The translations under genes and the position numbers were made by a program. This document shows, piece after piece, positions 55,318 through 64,000 of a stretch of 64,000 nt of DNA. The stretch is from Naegleria gruberi (taxonomy: Eukaryota): the NCBI GenBank assembly GCA_000004985.1, contig GG738878.1; one strand, written 5' to 3'. The notes beneath the pieces are model-generated. The model was not told the origin of the DNA and did not search any database. It saw only the letters and a program-made list of their open reading frames with translations. The number at the start of each line of letters is the position of its first letter. The stretch's first letter is position 1.

Positions 55318-56679
55318 TTATTCGTCGTCTTGCTCATCGTCTTCTTGTGTTGAGGTACTTGATTGTTTGGCGAATTTCTTTGCCTTCTTCTTTTCCTTTT
55401 TAGATTGTTTCTTATTGGAGGAGGTTTGGACTAATTCTTCATCTGAATCATTATTTACATTGGATGATGGTTCTTGATCTTCATCTGAATGAGAAGAGGC
55501 CTTCTTATTGGATGTTGGTGCTTTCTTAGCAGCTGTCTTTTTTGGTTTCTCTTCCTCTTCATCGTCTTCAATGGTGGCAGCAGCTTCATCATCAGAATCA
55601 TCTTGTTGAGTTTGCTTCTTCTTGGCCTTCTTCTTTTCCTTTTTGGATTGTTTCTTGTTGGAACTTGAGATTAATTGCTCTTCGTCACTTTCATCCTTAG
55701 TAGTGGTGGTTTTTTCTGGCTTTTCATCATCACTTTCATTCTTGTTGGACTTTTTGTTCTTTTTGGTTGGTTTCTTCTTGGAATCTTCAGACTTTTTCTT
55801 GCTCTTCTTTGATGTTTCCTCTTCTTCCTCATTGTCAGAATTTTCCACTGTAGAATGGTGAATTGGTTTCTTTTCAGATTCATCTTGCTTATCATCCAAT
55901 TCATCAATGGTTGTATCACCTTCCTCAGAGACAGTTGTATCCAAAACTTGAACTTCTCCATCTTCTTCATCAACAATATCAAAAATGTGACGATAGAGAC
56001 CTGGATCAATTCTACAAATAATGTTTGCAGTTTCAGTCTCTGGTGAATAATCGTCTTGTTCAAATTTAACTTGTTCTTCTTCCTTATTGGCAGTCTTGAA
56101 GAGTTGTCTCAATTTTTTAATATTTTCCTTGCCACTTAGTGTCAACTTTACACGCATATGGGCCTTTTCAATTGGAATTTTCCTCTTTAACTTTGAGATG
56201 GCCTCCAAAGCTTGTTGTTTAGTACTCTTGCTTGGTTTTACAGAAAAGTGAATTTGTTCTTTCAGAGCTCTTTCAATAACTCCTCCAGGATATGGTCTTT
56301 GTGTATCAGGATTTATACACTTATTCGTAATAATTGTAACTATATCCTTAAACATTGATTCGTACATTTCCTCTCTTTCCTTAGTACTCACTTGTAATTC
56401 ACCATCTTGTAAAATCTTTTTACAAACTTCCTTTGTATCACTAGTTCCAAAATACTTTTGAAGATCAGTCTTCTTTGCAGCTTCTCCTTTAGAAACATTT
56501 GTAAAAACTGTATCAATTTGAACAACTTCTGACAAATCCTTTTCAATTCCCTTTCTCCATGAAACGACACTGTTTTTATAACAAGCAATTTCAAAAACTG
56601 CTTTTTGAATTTTCATCCTCACCACAGCAACGTTGGTGTGTAAGATTTGATTTACAGGTGTTTTTACAGCTCGGGACAT
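55318..56679 (-). CDS. SBDS: SBDS (Shwachman-Bodian-Diamond) ribosome maturation factor with a long Lys/Asp/Glu/Ser-rich C-terminal extension.
   Basis: The N-terminal 250 aa align throughout with SBDS: NVAVVRMKIQKAVFEIACYKNSVVSWRKGIEKDLSEVVQIDTVFTNVSKGEAAKKTDL...KEREEMYESMFKDIVTIITNKCINPDTQRPYP...KPSKSTKQQALEAISKLKRKIPIEKAHMRVKL.... Confidence 0.85.
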   Translation of the reverse strand: MSRAVKTPVNQILHTNVAVVRMKIQKAVFEIACYKNSVVSWRKGIEKDLSEVVQIDTVFTNVSKGEAAKKTDLQKYFGTSDTKEVCKKILQDGELQVSTKEREEMYESMFKDIVTIITNKCINPDTQRPYPGGVIERALKEQIHFSVKPSKSTKQQALEAISKLKRKIPIEKAHMRVKLTLSGKENIKKLRQLFKTANKEEEQVKFEQDDYSPETETANIICRIDPGLYRHIFDIVDEEDGEVQVLDTTVSEEGDTTIDELDDKQDESEKKPIHHSTVENSDNEEEEETSKKSKKKSEDSKKKPTKKNKKSNKNESDDEKPEKTTTTKDESDEEQLISSSNKKQSKKEKKKAKKKQTQQDDSDDEAAATIEDDEEEEKPKKTAAKKAPTSNKKASSHSDEDQEPSSNVNNDSDEELVQTSSNKKQSKKEKKKAKKFAKQSSTSTQEDDEQDDE

Positions 56680-57688
56680 TTTCCTAGTAATTAATTAATT
56701 AATAATAATAATATTCAATATTCAATAAATAAAATTCAAAATCGGATCCGACAATACTAATATTTTATACTGTGTCGATATTTAAAATCCTCTCTGATGA
56801 TAGAGCGTGTTGTAAAATCAAAAAAAAAACAAGTGTTTGATGCCTTGTTGTTGATTAATTTTTTTTGAAGATTTATTTTTAAACTTTGAGTTTCAAATTT
56901 GATGTTGAGATAAATTGTTGAGTTTTTGTGTGATTGAGTTCATAAAGATTCAAACTTGAGCTAGAAGTGGTGAAATAATTTTATTGAATGAAAGGTTTTG
57001 AAAATTTTTTGTTTGGAAATGATTCAAGGTTTATTAACATTTCATACTGAGAATTATTTAAATTTTTGGCATTGTCATTCTTATTGAGTACCATCAGGAT
57101 ATTGATACACGACCATCAAACAAGCAAACCAAACAGAATTCGTCCATGGATTATCCTAAACAATCAAAATCAAAGGTTTGTTATTGGAATAAGGCTTGGC
57201 GAAATAAATTTATGTATTTTTTTGTTGTTTTTGACTGAAAATTTTTGTCTACAAAAAAGGAAAAGAAGATTTTTGCAATAAATTTAATCAATAATATTGA
57301 TGTTTAATTATTAACATTTGGAGGGAGTTTGTTATGGTGAAGGCGCTATTCAATGACCACCCATCCATCAATTATTTGATTTAATTCAATTTTGTTAATA
57401 AAAACAAGCACCTGGCTAGGAATTGATGTTGTAAAAAAAATAGCCACACATTCCCCTTACCGAAAATCCCATCGTTTTTTTCTCGCTTCAATTAGCAAGT
57501 TTGCAGAAGAATTCATACACACAACGACGACGGATTATTGTAGTAGTAATAATTTATACTATCTAGACGCACACACACAGTAGAAAATAACAATAATCGC
57601 TTATCTTATTTTTATATAGGTAACGAAGAATATTGATCATCATCATCTAACCGAAGAAGAACAACAACCAAATAATTAATTTATTAAA

Positions 57689-58363
57689 ATGTCATCATCA
57701 ACATCACAATCACCAATGGATGAAACCATGAATGATGAAGAATTTTTCGAAGAACCAAACGTACAAGAGGAAGAACACAAAAAGACCAAGGTTAAGCCTA
57801 AAGCATTGAAGAGCAAGTGGAGATTTTGGCATGAAAAAATTGGTACCCAAGACGCTTGGAAGAGTTTAGATCACTTGGTTGATTTGTGTGAATTTGGAAC
57901 TGTTCAAGAATTTTGGAGTTGTTTTAATAATTTACCAGCCATCACTCACCTCAAAGTTAAGGAATCTTTCCACTTGATGAAGAATTTGAACGGCCCAAAT
58001 GATAATACATCAAAGGTTGCTAACTTGACCATTTGTCCTGCTTGGGAAGATCCTAACAATGTTAATGGTGGTGAATGGATTTTCCGTACTTCCAAAGATG
58101 TTTCTGATATCGTATGGAGAGAATTGGTTTTGGCTGTTATCGGAGAACAATACCACTCTGCATTGCAACCAGGTGATGAAATTTGTGGTTTGAGTGTTTC
58201 TCAAAGACCAACAGATAACATTTTCAGAATTTGGAATATGAAATGTGGAACTGAAGTAGACCAGAAAAAGATTTATGAAAGAACAATTGAAATTTTGACT
58301 GAACAAGTGAAAGAAATTGCTTCAATCATACAAACACCATACTATAGAAAGCATAAGGAATAA
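57689..58363 (+). CDS. eIF4E: Translation initiation factor eIF4E family cap-binding protein (224 aa).
   Basis: KSKWRFWHEK...WEDPNNVNGGEWIFR...WRELVLAVIGEQY... carries the conserved cap-binding Trp residues and the WEDxxNxxGGxW motif. Confidence 0.8.
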   Translation: MSSSTSQSPMDETMNDEEFFEEPNVQEEEHKKTKVKPKALKSKWRFWHEKIGTQDAWKSLDHLVDLCEFGTVQEFWSCFNNLPAITHLKVKESFHLMKNLNGPNDNTSKVANLTICPAWEDPNNVNGGEWIFRTSKDVSDIVWRELVLAVIGEQYHSALQPGDEICGLSVSQRPTDNIFRIWNMKCGTEVDQKKIYERTIEILTEQVKEIASIIQTPYYRKHKE

Positions 58364-58446
58364 ATATTTTACAACTTGATTTTATTCTTAGGGTTTTGGT
58401 ATTTATAATTTAAATAAGGTTAATGGTGGCGAAATATAGTTCTACT

Positions 58447-59709
58447 TTAGTAGGTTCTTCTGTGAATAATTTGTGGTCCATAGTCATTGTAATCAGTTTT
58501 CTTAATCCACATTGAGCTGAATGAAGAAAGTGATGAAAGAACAGATGCACCATACCAAACAGCGTTAGAAGGATCTTTGGTTTCAACAAGACTGACAATT
58601 GTACTGGTTGTTGAAACTTCTTGAACTTCTATTCTCAATCTCTCAGCAAATGAGTTAATGCATGCAGTACCACCACAAACAATAATATTTGAGAACATTT
58701 CCTTCTTTGTATCAAATTCACATTGATTAGCACAATCGTGCAGAATATGTTGAATTCCTGGAATTTCAAATTCTCTTCCTGGGAGATGAACAGATGGATT
58801 AAAGAATATTTCTGTTGGTAAAAATCTTTCCTTTTGGCCAACAGAAACTTTTTTACCATCTGGTAATGTATAATCCTTATAATAGCTCACTTGATTGGCA
58901 GCACTCTTTGCTTTGGATTTCTTCTTGTCTGTTGTTTCGGCTTCTGAAGCTCCATTCAAAAGACTGTCCTCGGTTTTTTGTTTCAATTCTTGTGATAATT
59001 TCATTTGCTTGTGATATTCATAACCAGATGTGTAAACTAGCTTTCTTTTGATTTGTTCAATTACATTGGCATTAAATACAGTATTAAATTCATCAGGAGT
59101 CATGGAAGAAAATTCAGTATTAATCTTTAGAGTTTTTTGTGGTGCATCACCTTCGGAAGTGTCCATACTATTGTTACTATGTAATAATTGTTTTTGGAGA
59201 AGTGTTTTAAGATATTCATTAGCATGTTTTCCTCCTATATTTACAAAATCAGCTGCATGTGGGAAAGCCAATCCTTCATAAATTGGTGTAAATCTAGTTT
59301 GCTCATATCCAACATCGCACACTATACCAGTAATTTTTCCGCAACTATAAAGAGCCAAAAGACCTTGATTAGCAATAAAAAGGCCTGGTATTTCATATTG
59401 TTCAAACATGTGTTGTGTAATTCTTTCCGAATGTAATTTTGGAGCAAGAGTATGTTCAGACATGATGACAGACATATCAGTGGCTGGTCCATCCAACATA
59501 TCACCTTTTAGCATAGCCTTGTTAAATCCGTAACGCCAAACTCTGTCCATGGCATCAAAATTATTGATCAATCCTCTCTTCATTGGTGATTGATCATTAT
59601 AAAAAAAGGCAGGATCTTGAGTTTGATAGATATCAAGTGGAGCATCCTCACCAGACAAACCTATACGTGTCTCGTAGGTACCATTATCAATCACTACCGA
59701 TTTGCTCAT
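58447..59709 (-). CDS. Divergent actin-related protein (Arp, 420 aa).
   Basis: MSKSVVIDNGTYETRIGLSGEDAP... is an actin-fold N-terminus. GKITGIVCDVGYEQTRFTPIYEGLAFPHAADFVNIGGKHANEYL corresponds to the actin DxG/VPIYEG region. Long inserts are typical of nuclear or dynactin Arps. Confidence 0.65.
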   Translation of the reverse strand: MSKSVVIDNGTYETRIGLSGEDAPLDIYQTQDPAFFYNDQSPMKRGLINNFDAMDRVWRYGFNKAMLKGDMLDGPATDMSVIMSEHTLAPKLHSERITQHMFEQYEIPGLFIANQGLLALYSCGKITGIVCDVGYEQTRFTPIYEGLAFPHAADFVNIGGKHANEYLKTLLQKQLLHSNNSMDTSEGDAPQKTLKINTEFSSMTPDEFNTVFNANVIEQIKRKLVYTSGYEYHKQMKLSQELKQKTEDSLLNGASEAETTDKKKSKAKSAANQVSYYKDYTLPDGKKVSVGQKERFLPTEIFFNPSVHLPGREFEIPGIQHILHDCANQCEFDTKKEMFSNIIVCGGTACINSFAERLRIEVQEVSTTSTIVSLVETKDPSNAVWYGASVLSSLSSFSSMWIKKTDYNDYGPQIIHRRTY

Positions 59710-60075
59710 TTTTTTTAATAATAAATAAAATTTTTATTTTTTTATAAATGATTTTGTGATGGCCAATAAGAAATAAACAAACAACACAAATTGCTTCCGA
59801 TTCTTTGGGAATCAATGAATTTATCATTTCATAAATTGATATGTGGAGAGTCGGTCCTATTGCATGTCTTTTATCAGACGGAAAATGATTTTTATTTTAA
59901 AACCCTAACTTGATTCGAGTATTTGCAAAATCAGAGAACTTGAAGGTTGAGAATAGCCGATAATCAATGCGGGGATGAGTTTGGCTGGTGCTGAATGCAG
60001 CCTTCAAAGCTGTAGCTACTGTTCGGTAGAGAGGATCGATTCCTCCTTTCCCGCGTACTGTCTTTTTACTTTTTC

Positions 60076-62025
60076 CTAGTAGTAATGGTCCAAATATTCT
60101 GGATAGTGGATTGGAATGGGATGATCTGGAGCATAAGTGATGCCAGAAATGACATGGGTTAAGGCATTCATACTTTTGATATCAAGCATTTTGATTTTCA
60201 AATTTCGTTCTGGACAGTTCAATAAATGTTCTTCCAAATCTTGTGTTGTACATTCTGTTTTACAACATGGACAAGTGGCTAGAGTCCTTACTGTCTTCTT
60301 ATGGACAATATCAGAAAGGGTGTGAAAATCTTTAAAGTGCTGAGGAATGGCATGTCTTGGCAATGTTTTAAAACATCCAGGACAAATAACTTTAGAGTTT
60401 TGTAGAGCTAATTTGAAGGACTTGCGTTGCTCAATAATTGTATTAATATCTTGGTCGTAATCAATCTCAGGCAGAGAGCTATCATTTTCAATAATTGGTT
60501 TGAATTTGAAATCGATTTGTGGAATTGTTTTAAGTTTGGTGATGGTCTCTTGCGACATTAAAGGTAATCTCTTCAATGAAACCCAACACTTTCTCGATGT
60601 ATCATCAAGAACTGCAATCAGGAGACTTTCATTTTCAAAAACGTCCATATATGGGAATTCAAATAGTATTTTGGTTAGTTTCTTATTTCTCAAGAGAGTG
60701 GAAATTAATTCAAAGTAACTGGATTCATATTGTTTCTTATGTTCATAAAATGAAATCTTAATTGTTGTCAGATTGGACAATCTCGACAATGCATTTTTAA
60801 CAAGGAGTGCATCTTTTGATATTACATTTTCCAATACCAGATTTTTCACATTTTCACATCCTTCAATAAGTGAATTCAGCTTAATTTTAGAGCATGCATC
60901 TCCTATTTTTCTAAGATAAAGATCCTCAATCCTGCTTCCCAAACCCGAAAAATCAAGTGCACAAGACCTTCCAAACAATGTGATGAATCCAAATCCCAAT
61001 GTTAATCGTTTCAGCCTTGGACTGTATCTAATATAGTCACAGAGTTTATCCAGTGCTTCTTGAACTTCGCTCATTTGAATTGTGGAATAGATATCATTTG
61101 GATAAATGTTAATTTCAACTGATTCATGGTCCTTATCTATGACAACTTTGGAAAATAATGAATTAAAATCTCTGACGCTCATATCTGGTAGTCTGATACT
61201 CTTGCATGAGGTATAGAAAATTTCAGAGTCTACTGGAAATAGATCAGTATATTCGGAAGAATAATTTCCAAACGGAACAAACCCATCTGTAAAAAACGAA
61301 TAATGGAAGTGGCATGAATTGTTGAAATACTCAACCAGAGAATTATCAACAACTACAATTTTGGCATTACATATTAAATCAGTCAGGTATCTTTGTGCTG
61401 AAATATTCGATAAGGACACCATCTGCACATCCTTACAAACCTCTGCAAGTAATTTAAACGTATCTGAATCTACTAGTTCATTGAGCATGTCAAAGCATGA
61501 ACTCAGTGATGATTCAGAAAGTGTCAACCGTCTAAGAGCTGGCTCTGATAAACTGTTTGGAAAATAGCTGTCAAAATTAGCCAACCTCTTACAGAACTCT
61601 TCAGTTTCTCTCTGTGATCTATTTGCAATAAAGACATTATCATTATTTCCTTGTATATTCTTCAAAAATCCAAATTGTTTCCTACAAATTACATCCCCAA
61701 CTTGTCCATTCATGAATAAATGTTTAATTGTCATTCCATTTGCTTTCACAAATTTAATCACATATCTAATGAAGGGAAGCAAATTTAATTGAACATTATT
61801 ATTAAAATCATCATGAATATTTGTCAATGGCTTGTTGGTTGTATGTTCTTGGTCATTCAACTCAACATTCGGATACAAATGAAGAGTTTGCAATTTTTCA
61901 ATAATCAATCGTCTCCAAACCGAGCATACATGAGGAATCACTCTTATTAATTGATGAAAATCAATAAATGGAAACAATCGATAGAAAGCAACCTCTTCCG
62001 GCACTTGATCATGAAAATTAATCAT
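60076..62025 (-). CDS. F-box protein with irregular LRR-like repeats and a C-terminal Cys/His zinc-finger-like region (649 aa).
   Basis: The N-terminal F-box VPEEVAFYRLFPFIDFHQLIRVIPHVCSVWRRLI. The C-terminal ICPGCFKTLPRHAIPQHFKDFH...CPCCKTECTTQDLEEHLLNC is a TRAF/C2HC-like metal-binding pattern. Confidence 0.55.
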   Translation of the reverse strand: MINFHDQVPEEVAFYRLFPFIDFHQLIRVIPHVCSVWRRLIIEKLQTLHLYPNVELNDQEHTTNKPLTNIHDDFNNNVQLNLLPFIRYVIKFVKANGMTIKHLFMNGQVGDVICRKQFGFLKNIQGNNDNVFIANRSQRETEEFCKRLANFDSYFPNSLSEPALRRLTLSESSLSSCFDMLNELVDSDTFKLLAEVCKDVQMVSLSNISAQRYLTDLICNAKIVVVDNSLVEYFNNSCHFHYSFFTDGFVPFGNYSSEYTDLFPVDSEIFYTSCKSIRLPDMSVRDFNSLFSKVVIDKDHESVEINIYPNDIYSTIQMSEVQEALDKLCDYIRYSPRLKRLTLGFGFITLFGRSCALDFSGLGSRIEDLYLRKIGDACSKIKLNSLIEGCENVKNLVLENVISKDALLVKNALSRLSNLTTIKISFYEHKKQYESSYFELISTLLRNKKLTKILFEFPYMDVFENESLLIAVLDDTSRKCWVSLKRLPLMSQETITKLKTIPQIDFKFKPIIENDSSLPEIDYDQDINTIIEQRKSFKLALQNSKVICPGCFKTLPRHAIPQHFKDFHTLSDIVHKKTVRTLATCPCCKTECTTQDLEEHLLNCPERNLKIKMLDIKSMNALTHVISGITYAPDHPIPIHYPEYLDHYY

Positions 62026-62150
62026 TTTTTTAAATTAATTAATTATTATTTGGATGGAACTTATGAACTTTAATTGATGGAAGAATATTAATATATTTAA
62101 AATAATATTAAAAAATTAATAATATTTAAATATATTAAATTAAAAAAAAT

Positions 62151-62351
62151 ATGACAAATCAATCATACAGACAAGCTATTGGAAATTTGTGGTCCATGAT
62201 AAAATATGTGATTGTACTTATTTTGGAAAAGGATCCATTCAAATTCTATACCTTGTTTACTTTGCCAGTATTGACAATCTTGTCGGTTCAAAATATTAGA
62301 ATGACACGACAATTATCAAGACAAACAGCAAGAGCCATTGAATCAATTTAA
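62151..62351 (+). CDS. Possible small ORF (66 aa) with one hydrophobic segment. Low confidence.
   Basis: ATG follows a very AT-rich promoter-like tract. There are no homology cues. Confidence 0.2.
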   Translation: MTNQSYRQAIGNLWSMIKYVIVLILEKDPFKFYTLFTLPVLTILSVQNIRMTRQLSRQTARAIESI

Positions 62352-62470
62352 AGAAGGGTTTATTCCGATGATGAAAATTAGAAAATCAAAATTTAAATGG
62401 TGGTGAGGGAAAATAGATTGGAGAATCAACTATTTACAAATGGTTAAGTTTATGCAAGGTAAAAATTGGA

Positions 62471-63339
62471 TTACTTTTTAGAGAGGAATATTTCGAGTCG
62501 TCTTTTGATGTCTCCATAAATTTCATCATTGCTATCAATTCTGGTTTGATATTCGGTATGAGGAACTGTTTTAGCTACTTGTCTCAATTTCTATGGGAAT
62601 AATTATATGATGAATATAGAATTATTATTAAGGATTTGTACTTACAGACATGCTCAAATACGAAATTTGATCAGTGACCATATTAATGAACCAATAAGGA
62701 ACGTAGGAAAGTTTTGGATCGACACTTCCAACAATTTGAACAAATGTTTCCTCTGGAGAAACATACTTTACAAGGAAGCTAGCATATTCACATTCTGCAC
62801 AGACATTATCCTGACTGACGTAGCTCCCAATTTTATCCTTATACTCTGGATGAGTCGCTGGTGTAATTCCCTGTACAGACACCATAATGGATCCATCACT
62901 TTCCAATCTATCAATTGCAAATGCATACGAAATCAAATCTCTAGGACTGAATGGCCAAGGTAAATTGAATGAAAAATAGGACAGGAATCGATATTTACCA
63001 AACTTGTGAATGACCAAAGAATCTCTCATCGATGGAACCCAAGATTTGTATAAATCGACTAATATCCAATAATATTATTTAGATAATTATCCAAAATGAT
63101 TCAGACATACCCTCATAGAAGATTGAAAGAACCTGAAACATGGATGCATGAATTGTTCCCTCAACTTTTACGGCATGCATTCCACTTCCTCGATCCTTAT
63201 AAAAACTTTTCATACTCTCCTTTTCAACGCACAACTTCCACTCATTATGTGTTTCAAATTCTCCAATAATAAATTCTGCAAATCTACCATCATGAATTAT
63301 TCTTCTGATAGATTGTTGCTCCTGATTTTGGAATTGCAT
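62471..63339 (-). CDS. START-domain (StAR-related lipid-transfer, PCTP-like) protein. Exons 63111..63339, 62646..63058 and 62471..62590, with introns of 52 and 55 nt. An overlapping upstream ORF 63290..63493 lies in the +1 frame.
   Basis: GTATGT and GTAAGT donors and AG acceptors keep the frame. The product MQFQNQEQQSIRRIIHDGRFAEF...WKLCVEKESMKSFYKDRGSGMHAVKVEGTIHASMFQVLSIFYEG-VDLYKSWVPSMRDSLVIHKFGKYRFLSYFSFNLPWPFSPRDLISYAF...VSPEETFVQIVGSVDPKLSYVPYWFINMVTDQISYLSMS-KLRQVAKTVPHTEYQ... matches the START-domain hallmarks (SPRD, IPxWLxN). Confidence 0.65.
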
Positions 63340-63720
63340 TCACTGCCTCTTCCAATTTGTCTTTGTTTTCCAATAGGTGACCATACTTTTCCTTCAATAA
63401 TTTAAAACTCTCCAACATTTTGTCCTTCTCCGATAAGTTTAATACTTGAGCAATGTCTTCAGTGGAAAAACATGAAGTGTCGTTGTCAGCCATTTTTATT
63501 TTGGATTTTAATCAGAATTTGCATTATCTGGGTTGATTTAAATTTCTTTGTTGTTCAAATGAAACTGCAACTGGCAGTGAGAAATGTAACGTTCGATATT
63601 AATGATTAATATTAATACATATCAGAATTATTCAATCATTGTTGAGCTCTTTCTTTTCCTTTTCCAATTTTCTTGTTAATAATTTCAATTCCTTTTTGAG
63701 TTTTTTCTTTTTTTCTTCTT

Positions 63721-64000
63721 TCAAAAGCTTTTTTTGCTCCTTCTTTCTCTTCTTGTTGATTTTCTCCAATTTTCTAAAACAAGATGGACAAAGACAAACC
63801 TTGACAGGCACTGTTTGACTTCACCATTTTCCTTATATGAAAAATTGAGAAGTGAGCTTTGTAATTCTTCCTTTTCTTCACAATTCAATGCTGCACAAAT
63901 GAGATCTCCCTTGCTTCTTAAAACTTCTGATTCTGTTCTCCAGCGCAGCCCAATTTTACCCTCCTTATATTTACTCAAATCGGCAATTGCATAATCCCTA
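63721..64000 (-). CDS. 3' part of a gene that continues beyond the window end. Hypothetical protein with a Cys-containing motif and a Lys-rich C-terminus.
   Basis: The ORF reads ...YKEGKIGLRWRTESEVLRSKGDLICAALNCEEKEELQSS.... A possible 26-nt GTTTGT...TAG intron would replace the tail with a Lys-rich coiled coil (KLEKINKKRKKEQKK...). Confidence 0.3.
   Translation of the reverse strand, partial: RDYAIADLSKYKEGKIGLRWRTESEVLRSKGDLICAALNCEEKEELQSSLLNFSYKENGEVKQCLSRFVFVHLVLENWRKSTRRERRSKKSF

Overview
This is a eukaryotic, gene-dense nuclear window of about 35-40 protein genes. It has spliceosomal introns with GTAAGT/GTATGT 5' sites and AG acceptors, and very AT-rich intergenic DNA and introns. Proteins carry Q/N/S/T low-complexity runs, and codon usage is AT-biased with C-ending Phe/Tyr/Ile/Asn/Asp codons. 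The gene content and these features are most consistent with an amoebozoan such as a dictyostelid, though that is an inference. The six-frame ORF track uses bacterial start codons (GTG/TTG), so many listed ORF starts are not the true ATG. It also misses multi-exon genes. I reconstructed several by hand: a UBE2D-type E2 enzyme, a GPR107-like 7TM protein, a RasGAP, an RWP-RK factor, a Zn2Cys6 factor, Arp1, a START-domain protein and a kinase-like gene, with introns of 37-188 nt. Confidently recognised products are UBE2D/UBC4, SBDS, eIF4E, dihydropteridine reductase, two actin-related proteins, a RasGAP, an ArsB/NhaD permease, an FkbM-type methyltransferase, two tandem RGS-domain membrane proteins, an RWP-RK TF, a Zn2Cys6 TF, a START-domain protein and one tRNA-Ile(AAT) with a nearby tRNA-Ile 3' remnant. 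The most notable structure is an inverted segmental duplication, roughly 19.7-25.2 kb versus 45.3-48.0 kb. Each copy carries a PB1-UBA (p62/SQSTM1-like) gene next to one or more F-box-like proteins with ribonuclease-inhibitor-type 24-residue leucine-rich repeats. Those LRR genes are built from near-identical 72-bp tandem units whose copy number differs between paralogs (4 versus about 13). One PB1-UBA copy carries an 11-nt frameshifting deletion. Several other genes show single-nucleotide frame breaks in homopolymer or microsatellite tracts: the first RGS paralog, QDPR, an F-box/LRR gene and the START gene. These are either real pseudogenisation or assembly indels. No CRISPR array, rRNA or recognisable transposon ORF is present.
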